Source: Chiloscyllium plagiosum (taxonomy: Eukaryota). Taken from it: DNA of 61,884 bases. This document shows, one piece after another, positions 39,975 through 52,505 of the stretch. Location: the NCBI RefSeq assembly GCF_004010195.1, contig NC_057751.1, forward strand, positions 12,882,014-12,943,897, read 5' to 3'. Every line of letters starts with the position of its first letter. The stretch's first letter is position 1. The notes below the pieces were generated by a model. That model was not told the DNA's origin, made no database searches, and saw only the letters and a program-made list of their open reading frames with translations. Made by a program: the position numbers and the translations under genes.

Positions 39975-41375
39975 GTCATGGACTTTGCTGGAAGGGCCAG
40001 CATTTACTGCCCACCCCTAGTTGCCTTTGAGATTATGCTGGTGAGCTGCCTTCTTGAACCGCAACAGTCCACTTGTTGTAGGTGGACCCGCAATGCCATT
40101 TGGAAAGGAGTTCCAGAATTTTGACCCAGTGACACCGAAGGAATAGCGATACAACACTGAATCCTGTGCAGTTTGGAGTGTAACTTGCAGGCAGTAGCGT
40201 TCCCATGTTATCTGCTGCCCTTCTCAATGGCAGTGGTCTACGGTTTGGAAGGAACTTCTGCACAGCATCTTATAAATGGTACACATTGCTACTCTCTTTC
40301 TTCCCTCTTGTTTGTTCCCTCACCACCTGCTGCAGATGGGGTGGAATAGTGGCTTTAGTGGTTAGTGCTGCTGCCTCACAGCACCAGGGACCTGGGTTCG
40401 ATTCTGGCCTTGGGCAGCTGTCTGTATGGAGTTTGCACATTCTCCCCGTGTCTGCCTGGGCTTCCTCCAGGTGCTCCAGTTTCCTTCCACAGTCCAATGA
40501 TGTGCAGGTTAGGTGAATTTGCCATGCTAAATTGACCATAGTGTTAAGTGTAATAGTAAGGGGTAAATATAGGGTAGGGGAATGGGTCTGGGCGCATTGC
40601 TGTTCGGAGGGTTGGTGTGGACGTGTTGGGCCAAGTGGCCTGTTTCCACACTAGTTAATCTAATCATACCTAGTCTAGCAATTACATCCTTAAGAATTCA
40701 TCCAGCCTGGTCAGTTGTGGTGCTGCCAATCCACTAATGGTGATGGACATTGAAATCCCCCATTCCCCAGCTGAAGAGATTGGAATAGGAATGTGGTAAT
40801 TAGCAGAAAGTTTCCTTTCCCATGTTTGACCTGATGCCATGAGACTTTCTAGTGAGTCAAGTATCAGTACTAAGGACTGTCAGGGCAACTCTCTCCTGAA
40901 TGTATACCATTGTGCCACTACCTCTGCTGGTGATGGTGGTACCTGAGATATTGTCTGTCAGCTATGATTCTGTGAGTATGACAACGTCTGTGAGATAGCT
41001 CTCCCAATTTTGACACCAGCCCCGAGGTGTTCACAAGGAGGACCTTGCAAGTTGACAGGGCTGAGTATGCTATTGTCATTTTCATGCCAAAGTTGATACC
41101 AAATAGACTGTCTGGTTTCATTCCTTTGAGATTTTTCAGCAGTTTGATACAACTGAGTGGCATACCAGACCATTTCAATATGACAACCCTATTGCTGTCT
41201 GTCCAGAGTCCAATATAGACAAGACTGGATAAGGGCAATAGATTGCCTTCATGAAAGGAGATTTCTGAACAAGATGTTCTTTTTATATGGCAATTGACAG
41301 TATTTTCATGGTCACGATGAGCCTTTTATTTCCAGATTTCTTTTACTGAATTCAGATTCTACCATTTGCTGTGGT
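39975..41375 (-). mobile_element. Fragments of the second CR1/L2-clade LINE family around an HE1 insertion
   Basis: 39975-40265 is the reverse complement of the 2290/16785 tail; 40690-41375 looks like more 5' sequence of such an element. Confidence 0.5.
40338..40665 (+). mobile_element. HE1-type SINE
   Basis: A/B boxes gtggctttagtggttag and gggttcgattct, V-domain, taatctaatc tail. Confidence 0.85.
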
Positions 41376-44208
41376 ACAATGTACATGCTTTTTTTTGTTC
41401 TTTGACGTTTTCCACATCAGAGCACATTAGACAGCTTGATACAGACCTCAGGCCTTCACATCTAAAGTTTAGGATGGTGGAATTCTGATGCCTTCCAGAG
41501 CTTTAAATACCCATCTCATTCTTCATGATCTGTGCACAGTGTTAATCAAACACTCCTTGGCTGTCTGAAGAAATCAGGACATTGCAATGATTAAGCTCCA
41601 ATACCTCTCATCCTTTTCTTACTTTTGACTAAGTACTCTAAAAATAAAACAGCTAGTTATTACTACATCATCTGAATGTTCATTCAAACATTACATTCAT
41701 TTCCATCGAATGCTCCTCAAAATAGTTTCAAACATCTCAGAGAGTTTATTCTGAATATATTACCTGTAAGTTCCTGATTTCTTATTTTTCTTTTGCTCGC
41801 TGTCTTGCCAACAAACCTGACAGCATTAGTGAAAGAGAATGAAGCTGAGGATTCAGGGAGGAGAGGGCAAGGAGCTGTGGTGACGGGGGTTAGAGCTGTA
41901 TGGGGGCGGCTGGTAAGTGTGTTGGAAGCTCCCTGACCATGTCCCACCAGTGGGGGCTTTTGTCAGTGTTGGGGCTGGAATCAGATGGGCTGATGGCCCC
42001 AGGTTTTAATGTTGCATTCTACAAATCAATATTAAACTGAGTAAAGAGTGGCTCCTTCACCAACTAATTTTCTGGTACGTGCCCATGTATGAAATTTGGC
42101 ACAGATCTGTTCAAGTCAAATGCTGCTTGCCCCACTTAATTAAGTTTTTTGACGAAGTAACAGAGAGGGTTAATGCGGAAAAATTAGTTATGTTGTGGAA
42201 CTTAGAAAGCATTTGCTGAAGTCCTACATAATATCACACAGAGCAAAACTTAATCCCTGGAGTTAAAGAGCTAGTGACCATATGGATTCAAGATTGGCAG
42301 AGTGACAGAAAGAGAAAGTGAAGCTGGTGGTGTTCTCAAGGCTTTATTATTAGAAATTTAAGAAATTTATAAATAGTCAGGTGGAGATCATATGGCCCCG
42401 AAGCCTCTGATCCCATTTTAGAAGATTGTGGCTAAGATAACCCCATTTTTCACCATATTCTTTGAATTAAGAATCTCTGTTTTGTATATGCTCAATTCCA
42501 GAGTAAGTTCGCTGAGGTAGTAAATTCCAACCGCCCACAGTCTACTTTTTAATTAATGTTCTTCTGGTTTGTTTGAAACTGTTATCCTATCATTATGACC
42601 CCATGTTTCTGAATTTCCAGTCAGAAGGAACAGCCTCTCAGTGTCTGCCTATTGACACATTGAATTTTACACAATACAATGCGATCACTCCAGGAAAGTC
42701 AGTTAATTTTGGCATAAATTACACAATTGTTCTCAAAGGACATTCCTATGGAAGAGATTTCATAATTTGATGCAAGGAAGAAAGGACAATTAGATGGAAA
42801 AACTGGAACGTTTGGATTGTTCTGTTAAATCAGAGAAAGTTAAAAAGGAATTTGTTGGGGGGATTAAAGATGGTGACGATCTAACAGATCTGCCTTGCTG
42901 AGCCCCACACCACAAACCAAGCAAATTGGTGCTTTCACCTTCCGCTTATTAGCCATTTTCGTAAAAATCAGCACTGTAAAGTCCCCAGAATTTCTAAATA
43001 TCACTTATAACGTTCAAAAAGTTGAGTAAAGGAAAGGGGTCATATGGATTGCAACATCTAGGGCACTCCTCTGCAACAACGGTCACACCTGCAGCCGCAG
43101 TGCCAGCTCCTGTGGTGGCACCTTTGAACTTACCTGAGCAGCAGAGTTTGGTCTCGGAGTTCGTCACACTCTGGGAGAAGATTGAATCAGCACTGCAGGA
43201 GTCCCGGACCAGACTGGAACCGATCCTGCCAACCTACAAAAGCGTGAGCAAGGAGATCCAACTTCTCTGGCAGCACATGGAGGAGGTGGAGCAGTGAACC
43301 GCGGCGTCAGAGACCACAGTGGAATCCTCGGCGGGGTGGATTCAGGCCCTGGAAAATCAGGTGCAGGACTTAATCAAATAGATTGATGACCTTGGAAATC
43401 GAGGTTGGAGAAAGAATATCCGCATTATCAGCATGCCAGAACGGGATGAAGGAGATCAGCTGGTCCGCTTCCTTGAGCAATGGCACCCGCAGCTCCTGGG
43501 ACTGGGAGTCGAATTGGGTTGGGCACGAGTTGAGTGGGCTTACCGGATCGTGGTGTGCAGGCCCAGATTGGACCAGTGCCTCCGCACGGTCCTACCTCGA
43601 TTTCAATGTTACAGAGACAAACAAATGGTTATGGAAGCTTCAGAATGTTAGGGAAAGATCAACAGGCCCTGATCTCCAAGGGATCGAAAATCCTCTTTTT
43701 TCAGGACTTTTCTGGGGCTGTGATCTGAAAGAGGAATTGTTATTTCTTTTATTGACAACAAGCAGGGTCGATGTATGGGTGGGATGAGCAGGATGCTCAC
43801 TTTTAATTTCCATGTGTGTAAGATATATGTTTTCTTTGTTTCTGTTTTGCCTGGGTTTGGGGCGCAGCTTCAGCTGGAAGGAGCCACGGAGGTATTAGTG
43901 AGTAGGGTGAGTGCCCCCTGTGGGCAAGGGGGAAAGTCTCCAGTTACTTGTCTTTTGTTTAATTTAGGAGTAGTTATCAGAATTTTTGCTTTGGTAGTGA
44001 TTGTAGTTATATTTTTTTCAATTTTATTAATCTTTTCTTGTCTTCACTCGGCACATTATGGGTAGGGTTCTTCCTCTCGGGGGCTTATGGGCAACTTTAG
44101 ATGGTTATGGCTCATTCTTTGTTTAGATGGTGCACTTGGAACATAAAGGGGAGCCACTCACCAGTTAAAAGAAAGAAAGTGCTCTCAAGTCTCAGAAAGG
44201 AGAGGGTC

Positions 44209-45466
44209 ATAGAGATGTGCAGCACGGAAACAGACCCTTCAGTTCAACCCGTCCATGCTGACCAGATATCCCAACCTAATCTAGTCCCATTTGCCAGCAC
44301 TTGGCCCATATCCCTCTAAACCCTTCCTATTCATATACCCATCCAGATGTCTTTTAGTTAATGCAATTGTACCAGCCACCCCCCCCTTCCTCTGGCAGCT
44401 CCTTCCATACACATACCATCCTCTACGTGAAAGAATTGCCCCCTAGGTCCCTTTTATATCTTTCCCCTCTCACTCTAAATCTATGCCCTCTAGTTCTGGA
44501 CTCCCCCACCCCAGGGAAGAGAGCTTGTCTGTTTATCTCATTAAAGCCCCTCATGATTTTATAAACCTCTATGAAGTTGCCCCTCAGCCTCCGATGCTCC
44601 AGGGAAAGTAGCCCTAGCCTATTTAACCTCTCCCTAAAGCTCAAGTCCTCCAACCCTGGCAACATCCTTGTAAATCTTTTCTGAACCCTTTTGAGTTTCA
44701 CAACATCCTTTCGATGGGAAGGAGACCAGAATTGCATGCAATATTCCAAAAGTGGCCTAACCAACGTCCTGTACAGCCGCAACATGACCTCCCAACTCCT
44801 ATACTCAATGCTCTCACTAATAATGGAATGCATACCAAATGCCTTTTGACTATCCTGTCTCCCTGTGACTCTACTTTCAAGGAGCTATGAGCCTGCACTC
44901 TAAGGTCTCTTTGTTCAGCAGCACTCCCTCGGACCTTACCATTAAGTGTATAAGTTCTGCTAAGATTTGCTTTCCCAAAATGTAGCACCTCACATTTATC
45001 TAAATTCAACTCCATCTGCCACTCCTCAGCCCATTGGCATATCTGATCAAGATCCTGTTGTAATCTGAGGTAACCTTCTCCGCTGTCCACTACACTTCCA
45101 ATTTTGGTGTCATCTGCAAATTTACTAACTATATCTCCTATGTTCATATCCAAATCATTTATATAAATGACGAAAAGTAGTGGACCCAGCACCCATCCTT
45201 GTGGCACTCCACTGGTCACAGGCCTCCAGTCTGAAAAGCAACCCTCCACCACCATCCTCTGTCTTTTACCTTTGAGTCAGTTCTGTATCCAAATAGCTAG
45301 TTCTCCCTGTATTCCATGAGACCTAACCTTGCTAACCAGTCTCCCATGGGGAACCTTGTCGAATGCCTTACTGAAGTCCATATACGTCACGTCAAATGCT
45401 CTGCCCTCATCAATCCTCTTTGTTACTTTTTCAAAAACTCAATCAAAGTTCATGAGACATGATTTC
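44209..45466 (-). mobile_element. CR1/HER1 LINE inserted into the L1 endonuclease domain
   Basis: SGVPQGWVLGPLLFVIYINDLD...SKFADDTKIG; the L1 frame KERV|DVALLQETH rejoins when it is removed. Confidence 0.92.
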
Positions 45467-46140
45467 GATGTTGCTCTGCTACAAGAAACTCACTTAGATG
45501 AGGAGGAGCATCTAAAGTTACTGCAGGGAGGGTTTGGCTTGGTGTTCTTCTCGTCTTTTAATTCCAAAAGCAGAGGAGTGGCTGTACTAATACAGAGGAG
45601 TCTACCTTTCCAGTTGATAAATCAAATTAAGGACGAGCATGCGTGATTTGTGATCCTTAAAGCCCTAATACATGGGAGGAGTATGGCATTTTGAATGTCT
45701 ACTGTCCCCTGGCAGACCCCTTCAATTTTTTCCTGATGCCCTTTCCAGGCTGATGGCCCTTGGAGTGTGCCAACGATTGTAGGAGGAGACTTCAACCGTC
45801 TAATGGATCCCAAGATGGCTAGATGCCAAGGGATCTTTCAGGCATCGCCCTGCTATCCAAACAGTCGGTGGACCTGTGTGGGGAGCTGGGGATGGTGGAT
45901 GTGTGGAGATGTCTTCAACCTAAGGGAAGGGATTTTACTTTCTTCTCCAACCCGCACAAGTGCCACACAAGAATTGATGTGTTTTTGCCCCACTGACTTT
46001 TTTGGATTCGGTACTAAGCTGTAAGATTGGGAATATAGCCATTTCGGACCATGAGGCAGTGTATTTGGAGTTTAAGATCAGGTAACAGGACAGATACGCA
46101 GCATTGATGCATGGATCGTTTTCTCTCGAAAGGCAGTAAG

Positions 46141-46451
46141 ATTAGATTAGATTAGATTAGATTACTTTACAGTGTGGAAACAGGCCCTTCGGCCCAACAA
46201 GTGCACACCGACCTGCCGAAGCACAACCCACCCATACCCCTACATTTACCCCTTACCTAATACTACGGACAATTTAGCATGGCCAATTCACCTGACCTGC
46301 ACATCTTTGGACTGTGGAAGGAAACCGGAGCACCAGGAGGAAACCCATGCAGACACGGGGAGAATGTGCAAACTCCACACAGTCAGTTGCCTGAGGCGGG
46401 AATTGAACCCAGGTCTCTGGCGCTGTGAGGCAGAGTGCCACCGTGCCGCCC
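46141..46451 (-). mobile_element. HE1 SINE inserted in L1
   Basis: (ATTAG)n tail, close match to 7357-7673, taag on both flanks. Confidence 0.9.
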
Positions 46452-48261
46452 ATAAGTTCGTTGAGTATTTCACGGGGGAGTTTTGAACCTTCTGGGATAT
46501 TAACTCGGGTATGACCAGTAACCCATTGATGCTCTGGGAGACTGCCAAGGCTTATTCAGGGGTTATAATTATCTCAAATTCAGTGACCCAGAAGAGAAAG
46601 AGGGGAGAGCAACAGCATATACTTGAGGCCTTGTTGAAGGCAGCTGAGACGGCATATTTTAACAAATTGTCTGTAACTCAGTTATAGCGAATTATAGCTC
46701 TCTGGGCTGCTCTGCAATCCGTGCTCACCCAGGCAGAGAAGAGAGAGGTCTCCTTCGCGACGCAAAGACTATTTCAGCACGATGATAAGCCAAGTAGATA
46801 CGTGGCATATCTGGCCAGGAAGAAGAGCACTCCTTAATCTGTCATGTCCATTAGAGAGAGTACTGGTACACCCACTCATGAGTCCAAAAACATCAGTACA
46901 GCATTTAGGAAATTTTATGCAGAGGTGTACCAGTTGGAGGGCTGTGAGGATGGGTTGGCAAGGATGGATTTCTTTTTTGAGAATTTCAATTTTCCAGGTA
47001 TAACTTTGGAGCAGGTCTCCCTTTTAAATGCCCCTCTGACAGCTCAAGAGATACAAGAGACGGCAAGGCAGCTCCAAAGTGGCAAAGTACCTGGCCCAGA
47101 TGGATTCCGAGCAAGTTTTATAAGGAGTTTATAAACATGTCGGCCGAGCCAATGTTAGTTATGTATAACCATTCGTGTAGTCAGGACTGCCTCCAAACCT
47201 CTCTCAGTGAAGCGAATATTTCCCTTATTCTTAAGAGAGGGAAAAACCCTGAGGATTGCACCTCATACAGACCCATCTCGCTGCGAAATGTGGATTTTAA
47301 AATTCTTTCTAAAATGTTAGCGTTGAGGCTGGAGAAGGTATTGCCCTCTATTGTAAAGGAGGACCAGACAGCTTTCAGTTCCTCTAACAATATCAGAAGA
47401 GTGCTGAATATAGTACAAGTGTGCTAGCAAAAGGTTGACCCTGGGCTTGGTAGTCTCCCTAATTGTGGAAAAAGCATCTGGTCGGGTGGAATGGCTGTAC
47501 CTTTTTTATGTCTTGGAACGGTTTGATCGTGTGTGTGTGTGTGTATAGGGGTTGGGGGTTGGTTTTCACCAGGTGGGTGGCAGTGTTGTATAGCGATCCC
47601 ATGGCAGCAATTCTCACGAATGGCATAAAATCAGAGAATTTTCATATTGTCTGACAAGGGTGCCCCCTTTTGCTGCTGCTGTTTACTTTAGTGATCAAAC
47701 TGTTGAAGGATACTGTTTCAAAGGACTCCAAAATAGTTTTCTCAGAAATGGGAATAGGAGAGCATAAAATCACTCTCAATGCAGACAATGTTCTTCTCTT
47801 TGTTGGGCTAACCCAACAATGTCTGTGCCCTGTTAAATACAAAATATTAATTTATTTGGCTCTTTTTCGGGGTATAAAATTAATGTTATGAAATCGGAGG
47901 CCATGCTGGTGGGGGGGGGGAGGGGGTGGTCTCGTGGGAGTACCTGACCTTGAAGATGGAACTTGATTTTCTTTTAGGTGGTCACAGGGAGATTTCCTAT
48001 ATTTACGTATTTTCATTACCCCCACCTTTCACCAATTGTATCTAGCTAATTTCATACAATTGCTCGAGAAGATAAGACCTTCAGCTTTGGGAGGTGCTAC
48101 CAATGTCCTGGTTATATTGAATAGCTCTGATCAAAATGAATATTCTTCCTTCCCTACTATGCCCCATGCAAACGTTCCCTCTGGTGCTACCTAGGCAAGT
48201 GCTGCAGAGATTTAATGAGTGACTTGGATCTTTCATTTTGCACCACAGGCGCCCTCTTATT

Positions 48262-49127
48262 GAATTGAATTGAATTGAATTGAATTTATTGTCATGTGTA
48301 CTGAAGCATGGTGAAAAGCTTTGTCTTGCGAGCAATACAGGTAGATCACAGAGTTAACTAGCATAGATAAGTAAATGCGAGGCAAACAGCGGCAAAACTA
48401 AAAACACAAGTACAAGTGAATGTTAAGAGTTTGTGAGTTCATTCAGTATTCTAAAAACAGGAAGGTAGAAACTGTTATGACACCGGCTGGTGCGTGTGTT
48501 CAGGCTTCGGTACCTTCTCTGCAATGGTAGAGGTTGTAGAAAAACATTGCCAGGGTGGGATGGATCTTTGAGAATGCTGGCGGCCTTTCCTTGACAGCGG
48601 GCCTGGTAGATGGATTCTATAGATGGGAGGTTGGCCTACCTGAGTGTCTGGGCTGAGTTCACCACTCTCTGTAACCATCTCCGATCTTGAATAGTACAGT
48701 TGCCGTAGCAGGTAGTGATACATCCAGACAGAATGCTCTCGATGGCACACCGATAAAAGTTGGCAAGGGTATTCGCTGTCACGCCAAATTCCCTCAGCTG
48801 CCTGAGGAGAAAGAGACATTGTTAGGCCTTTTTAACCAGTGTGTCCACATGAAGAGCCCAAGAAAGCTTGTTGTGGATAACCACTCCCAGGATCTTGACA
48901 TTCTCCACTCGTTCCACCTCTGTGCTGTTAATGTGTAGGGGGACATGAGTAACATCCTGCTAAAAGTCAATAATGAGTTCCTTGGTTTTGCCGGCATTGA
49001 GAGCTAGGTTGTTCTCAATGCATCATTCTTCCAGGTCTTCCAACTCCTGTCAGTAGTATGTTTCGTCGCCATCTGATATTCAACTGACTATGATGGTGTC
49101 ATCAGTGAACTTGTAAATGACATTAGC
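48262..49127 (-). mobile_element. Rex1/Babar-like (L2/CR1 group) LINE 3' fragment inserted in L1
   Basis: Minus strand IYKFTDDT, KTKELIIDF, EVERVENVKILGV, LFFLRQLREFG; (ATTCA)n tail; cttatt TSD at 48256-48261 and 49128-49133. Confidence 0.75.
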
Positions 49128-51204
49128 CTTATTAAGTTTGCTAAGCTGCAGTTTCCACATGGAATGGGTGGGGGAGGGGGTCGACCTCCCAGACTTCAAA
49201 AGATATCAAGTAAGTTCTTTATTGTCTTATGTGAATGATTGGGCTTGTCAGGATCTGAGATCAATATGGCTCAATATTGAGGCCTCCCAAGCAAAATATA
49301 CCCTTATTAATTTGCTATTTATGGACAGGATGAGAACTGTCACAAAGTATTGTAAAACTCCGATCATCATTAACATGGTCAAAGCATGAAGAATGATGCA
49401 ACAGAGCGAGTGTAACTTACATAAGACTTCCCCCTCAACTCCACAGTAGGAATACCAGGATTTAGGTGGGATCAATGGTTTCTCCTGTTTAGGAGATCTA
49501 TTTGAGGGCAAAGTCATGATATCGTTTGATCAGCTAAGTCATAAATATGGGTTATCCAGTAGGGACCTTTTCTGCTATTTTCAGATCAGGGACTTTATAC
49601 AAAAAAGGACCATGCTATTGGTTCATCCCTGTAAATCCAATGTGGAGAGGAGAGTGCTTCGGTCCACAGGCTCTGTCTCGATTAGTACCCTTGATCATTT
49701 ACGGAGAGGGGGCTGTCTTGGAAGATATTGAAAGGCTTTACAGAATCTGGAATCAAGAATTGAGAGCATAAATTTCATCAGAAGTATGGGAGGATATCTG
49801 GGATAATGTGAAAAAGATTTTGATTTATAATAAAAGGCAGGCCATACAATGAAAGATTTTCCACAGCGCCAATCTGGTCCCAGAGCGGCCAGCAAAATTT
49901 TAAAAACAAGCATCTCCAAAGTGCCCTAATTGTGAAACCGACATTGGTACTCTCACACATTGCTAGTGGTCGTGCCATAAGATTTGTAGATATTGGGGCA
50001 CCATAGCAAATGTGTTGGAGGAGATCTTGAGGACTGAGGTTAAGGCAGATCCAGTATCCCTCCTTCTGGGATTGCCGAATTTGCCTTCTCCACATAAGCA
50101 TGGTAAGAAACTGTTTAACGTTCTTACATATTGCACGAGGAAGAACATTTTGATGGGCTGGGTCTTGGAAAGCCCCCCCTGGCCTTTCGGCATGGTGTAG
50201 GTTAGTAATGGAGCATGTTCCCCTAGACTTCCTTACAAGTTTGGTGCACCACAAAACAGAACTTTTTTAAATGACATGGCAGCCCTTTTTGGATTGTCTC
50301 AACATAGAGTTGTCAGCCTTTATGTAGCCACGAAGACTGTATCTGGCAGGTTAGGGACCGTGAGAAGTAGAATCACGAATATATACAGGTATGTTAACTG
50401 ATGCTCCCGGTGATGGGAGCATCGGTGGGGCGGGTGCTGAGTGGTGTAAGTTAAGTTAGTTTAGCTCAATCCAACCTAATTTAATCTAACTTATTATGTC
50501 GAATCATTTATTGAATTGTTGTACGGGAAGATTGTTCCTTTTCTTTTGGTATTTTTGATTTGTTTGGTAAAGTAGAGTAGCAGTTAGTTTATTGTTATTG
50601 TTGTTTACCATAAGATTGTTACACTCTCTCGTGTAATTGTATAATTTGTAAAATAAATTAAAATCTCTTTCAGTAAAAAAAGAAATTTGTCAGAGGTATT
50701 CAAAATTGTGAATTATTTTAATGAATTAAGTAAGAAGAAATTGTTTCAAATTATAGAAATGTCAACAACCACAGATTGTGAAAAAAGAAGTGACTTGAGG
50801 AAACATTAGTTTCACATGGCAACTTGTTGTGGCTTAGAATATATTTTCTGATTCAGTAGTAATTTTCAGCAGAAGATTTTATACATGGTTTGAAAGGCTC
50901 GGAGGAAAGCTCACAAAAGGGGGCATAATTGAACAGATCTTCAAACGAACCAAAATGGATTCAGTGGATTGAATGGCCTCCTTCCATGCTGAATAACTGT
51001 ACTTTTCATGTTGCCCTTAAACGCAGGAATGAACAAATTAGACTGATTAGCCTGTTTTAATGCTGTAAGTTCTCTGAATGTGTGGATCTGGAAAATGGCC
51101 CCCACATGCATTTTTTTGAATGGCAAATGGGTTTTCATGTTTCAGAATCATGTATTTGTAACTGAGTAGAAAGTGATTTCTACTCAGTAACATGCATTGG
51201 GATA

Positions 51205-51815
51205 TAGAATCATAGAGTCATAGATATGTACAGCACAGAAATAGATCCTTCGGTCCAACTTGTCCATGCCAACCAGATATCCCAACTCAATCTAGTCCCA
51301 CCTGCCAGCACCCGGCCCATACCCCACCAAACCCTGCCTATTCATATATCCATCTAGGTGCCATCGAAATATTGCAATTGTAGAAACCTCCACCACTTCC
51401 TCTGGTAGCTCATTCCATACACGCACCACCCTCTGCTTGAAAGGGTTGCCTCTTAAGTCTCTTTTGTATCGTTTCCCTGTCACCCTAAACTTATGCCATC
51501 TAGTTTTGGACTCCCCAACTCAAGACAGCTGAATTTGTCATTTTCAACAGCATATTGTTTAAACTTAGTCATAGAGTCATGGAGATGTACAGCATGGAAA
51601 CAGACCCTTCGGTCCAACTCATAATTTTGTAAACCTCTATAAGGTCACCCCTCAGCCTCTGACGCTCCAGGGAAAAAAGCCCCGACCTGTTCAGCCTCTC
51701 CCTATAGCTCAAATCCTCCAACCCTGGCAACATCCTTGTAAATCTTTTCTGAACCCTTTCAAGTTTCACAACATCTTTCCAATAGGAAGGAGACCAGAAT
51801 TGCACACAATGTTCC
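51205..51815 (-). mobile_element. Two tandem CR1/HER1 3' fragments (51205-51520 and 51567-51815, the second internally deleted)
   Basis: Both begin with (tcatagag)n tails; QRVVRVWNELPEEVV; CVQFWSPSYWKDVVKLERVQKRFTRMLPG. Confidence 0.85.
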
Positions 51816-52397
51816 AACAGTGTTAGATAAATGATCAGCCAACCAGGCAGAGCATTTTTGCATTGCTAATTCTCTCTCGTAATATATTGACAGTGCTGGA
51901 GAGGGAATGGTAAGGGAAAACAGCAAGAAAGGTGAAATATAAGTGTTCAAGAAACAGGGCCCAAACTCATCATCCACTTGGGGAGGGTGCGACAGAAGGT
52001 ATGTGCAAGAAACTCAACAGATGTGAAAGAATGACATTTTCAGTTTTAAAACTTTGCGACTTGCTAACCAGTCCAAGACTCCTGATGGAAATTTATGGCT
52101 TAACTGTGTGGCAATGGGCACAGAGGTTTTGAAAACTTAAAAAATTGCTAATGCAACATCCAAGTATCGGGAGGAACATCTTTCTGTGAGGTTCACATTT
52201 TCAAACAAAGTCTGGGAACAGCGCTGCCCTAAAAACTTCAAAGTCAATTCTGTCTGCCATTGACAATTGATAACAGTAAAATAAGGTAAAATTAGCCAGG
52301 ATGAGACCATATGTACTATGTAGTTGTATAAATAAAGGGGACTGAGGAGTATGAAAGAACAGGCGGAAGGGAAAACAATCAGTACATATATATATTT

Positions 52398-52505
52398 CCG
52401 GTGGCGAATAGTCTCCAGAGGTCAAACTACCCCAGTGGAGAAACGCTGGTGGCGAACCGGCAGTGGCTAATCGGCGGCTGTGAATGTGCCGTGGCGAATC
52501 GTCAC
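52398..52505. repeat. Degenerate 14-bp tandem array with GTGGCGAA core
   Basis: Cores at 52401, 52435, 52449, 52463, (52477) and 52491; CpG-rich. Confidence 0.65.

Larger units (their letters stand above)
42856..50676 (+). mobile_element. Near full-length, inactivated L1-clade LINE with three nested insertions
   Basis: 5' ggggggattaaagatgg; ORF1 remnant (DDLGNRGWRKNIRIISMPE); APE endonuclease (TWNIKG, DVALLQETHL, IVGGDFN, ISDHEAV); RT (PGPDGF, SYRPISLRNVDFKILSK, NADNV); C-terminal CPNC...H...C knuckle; A-rich end; TSD aaaaaggaatttgt 42842-42855 and aaaaagaaatttgt 50677-50690; many stops and frameshifts. Confidence 0.92.

Noticed and set aside
43022-50254. L1 ORFs as active or domesticated genes
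   Set aside because: Numerous stops and frameshifts, degenerate catalytic motif (NADN) and three insertions
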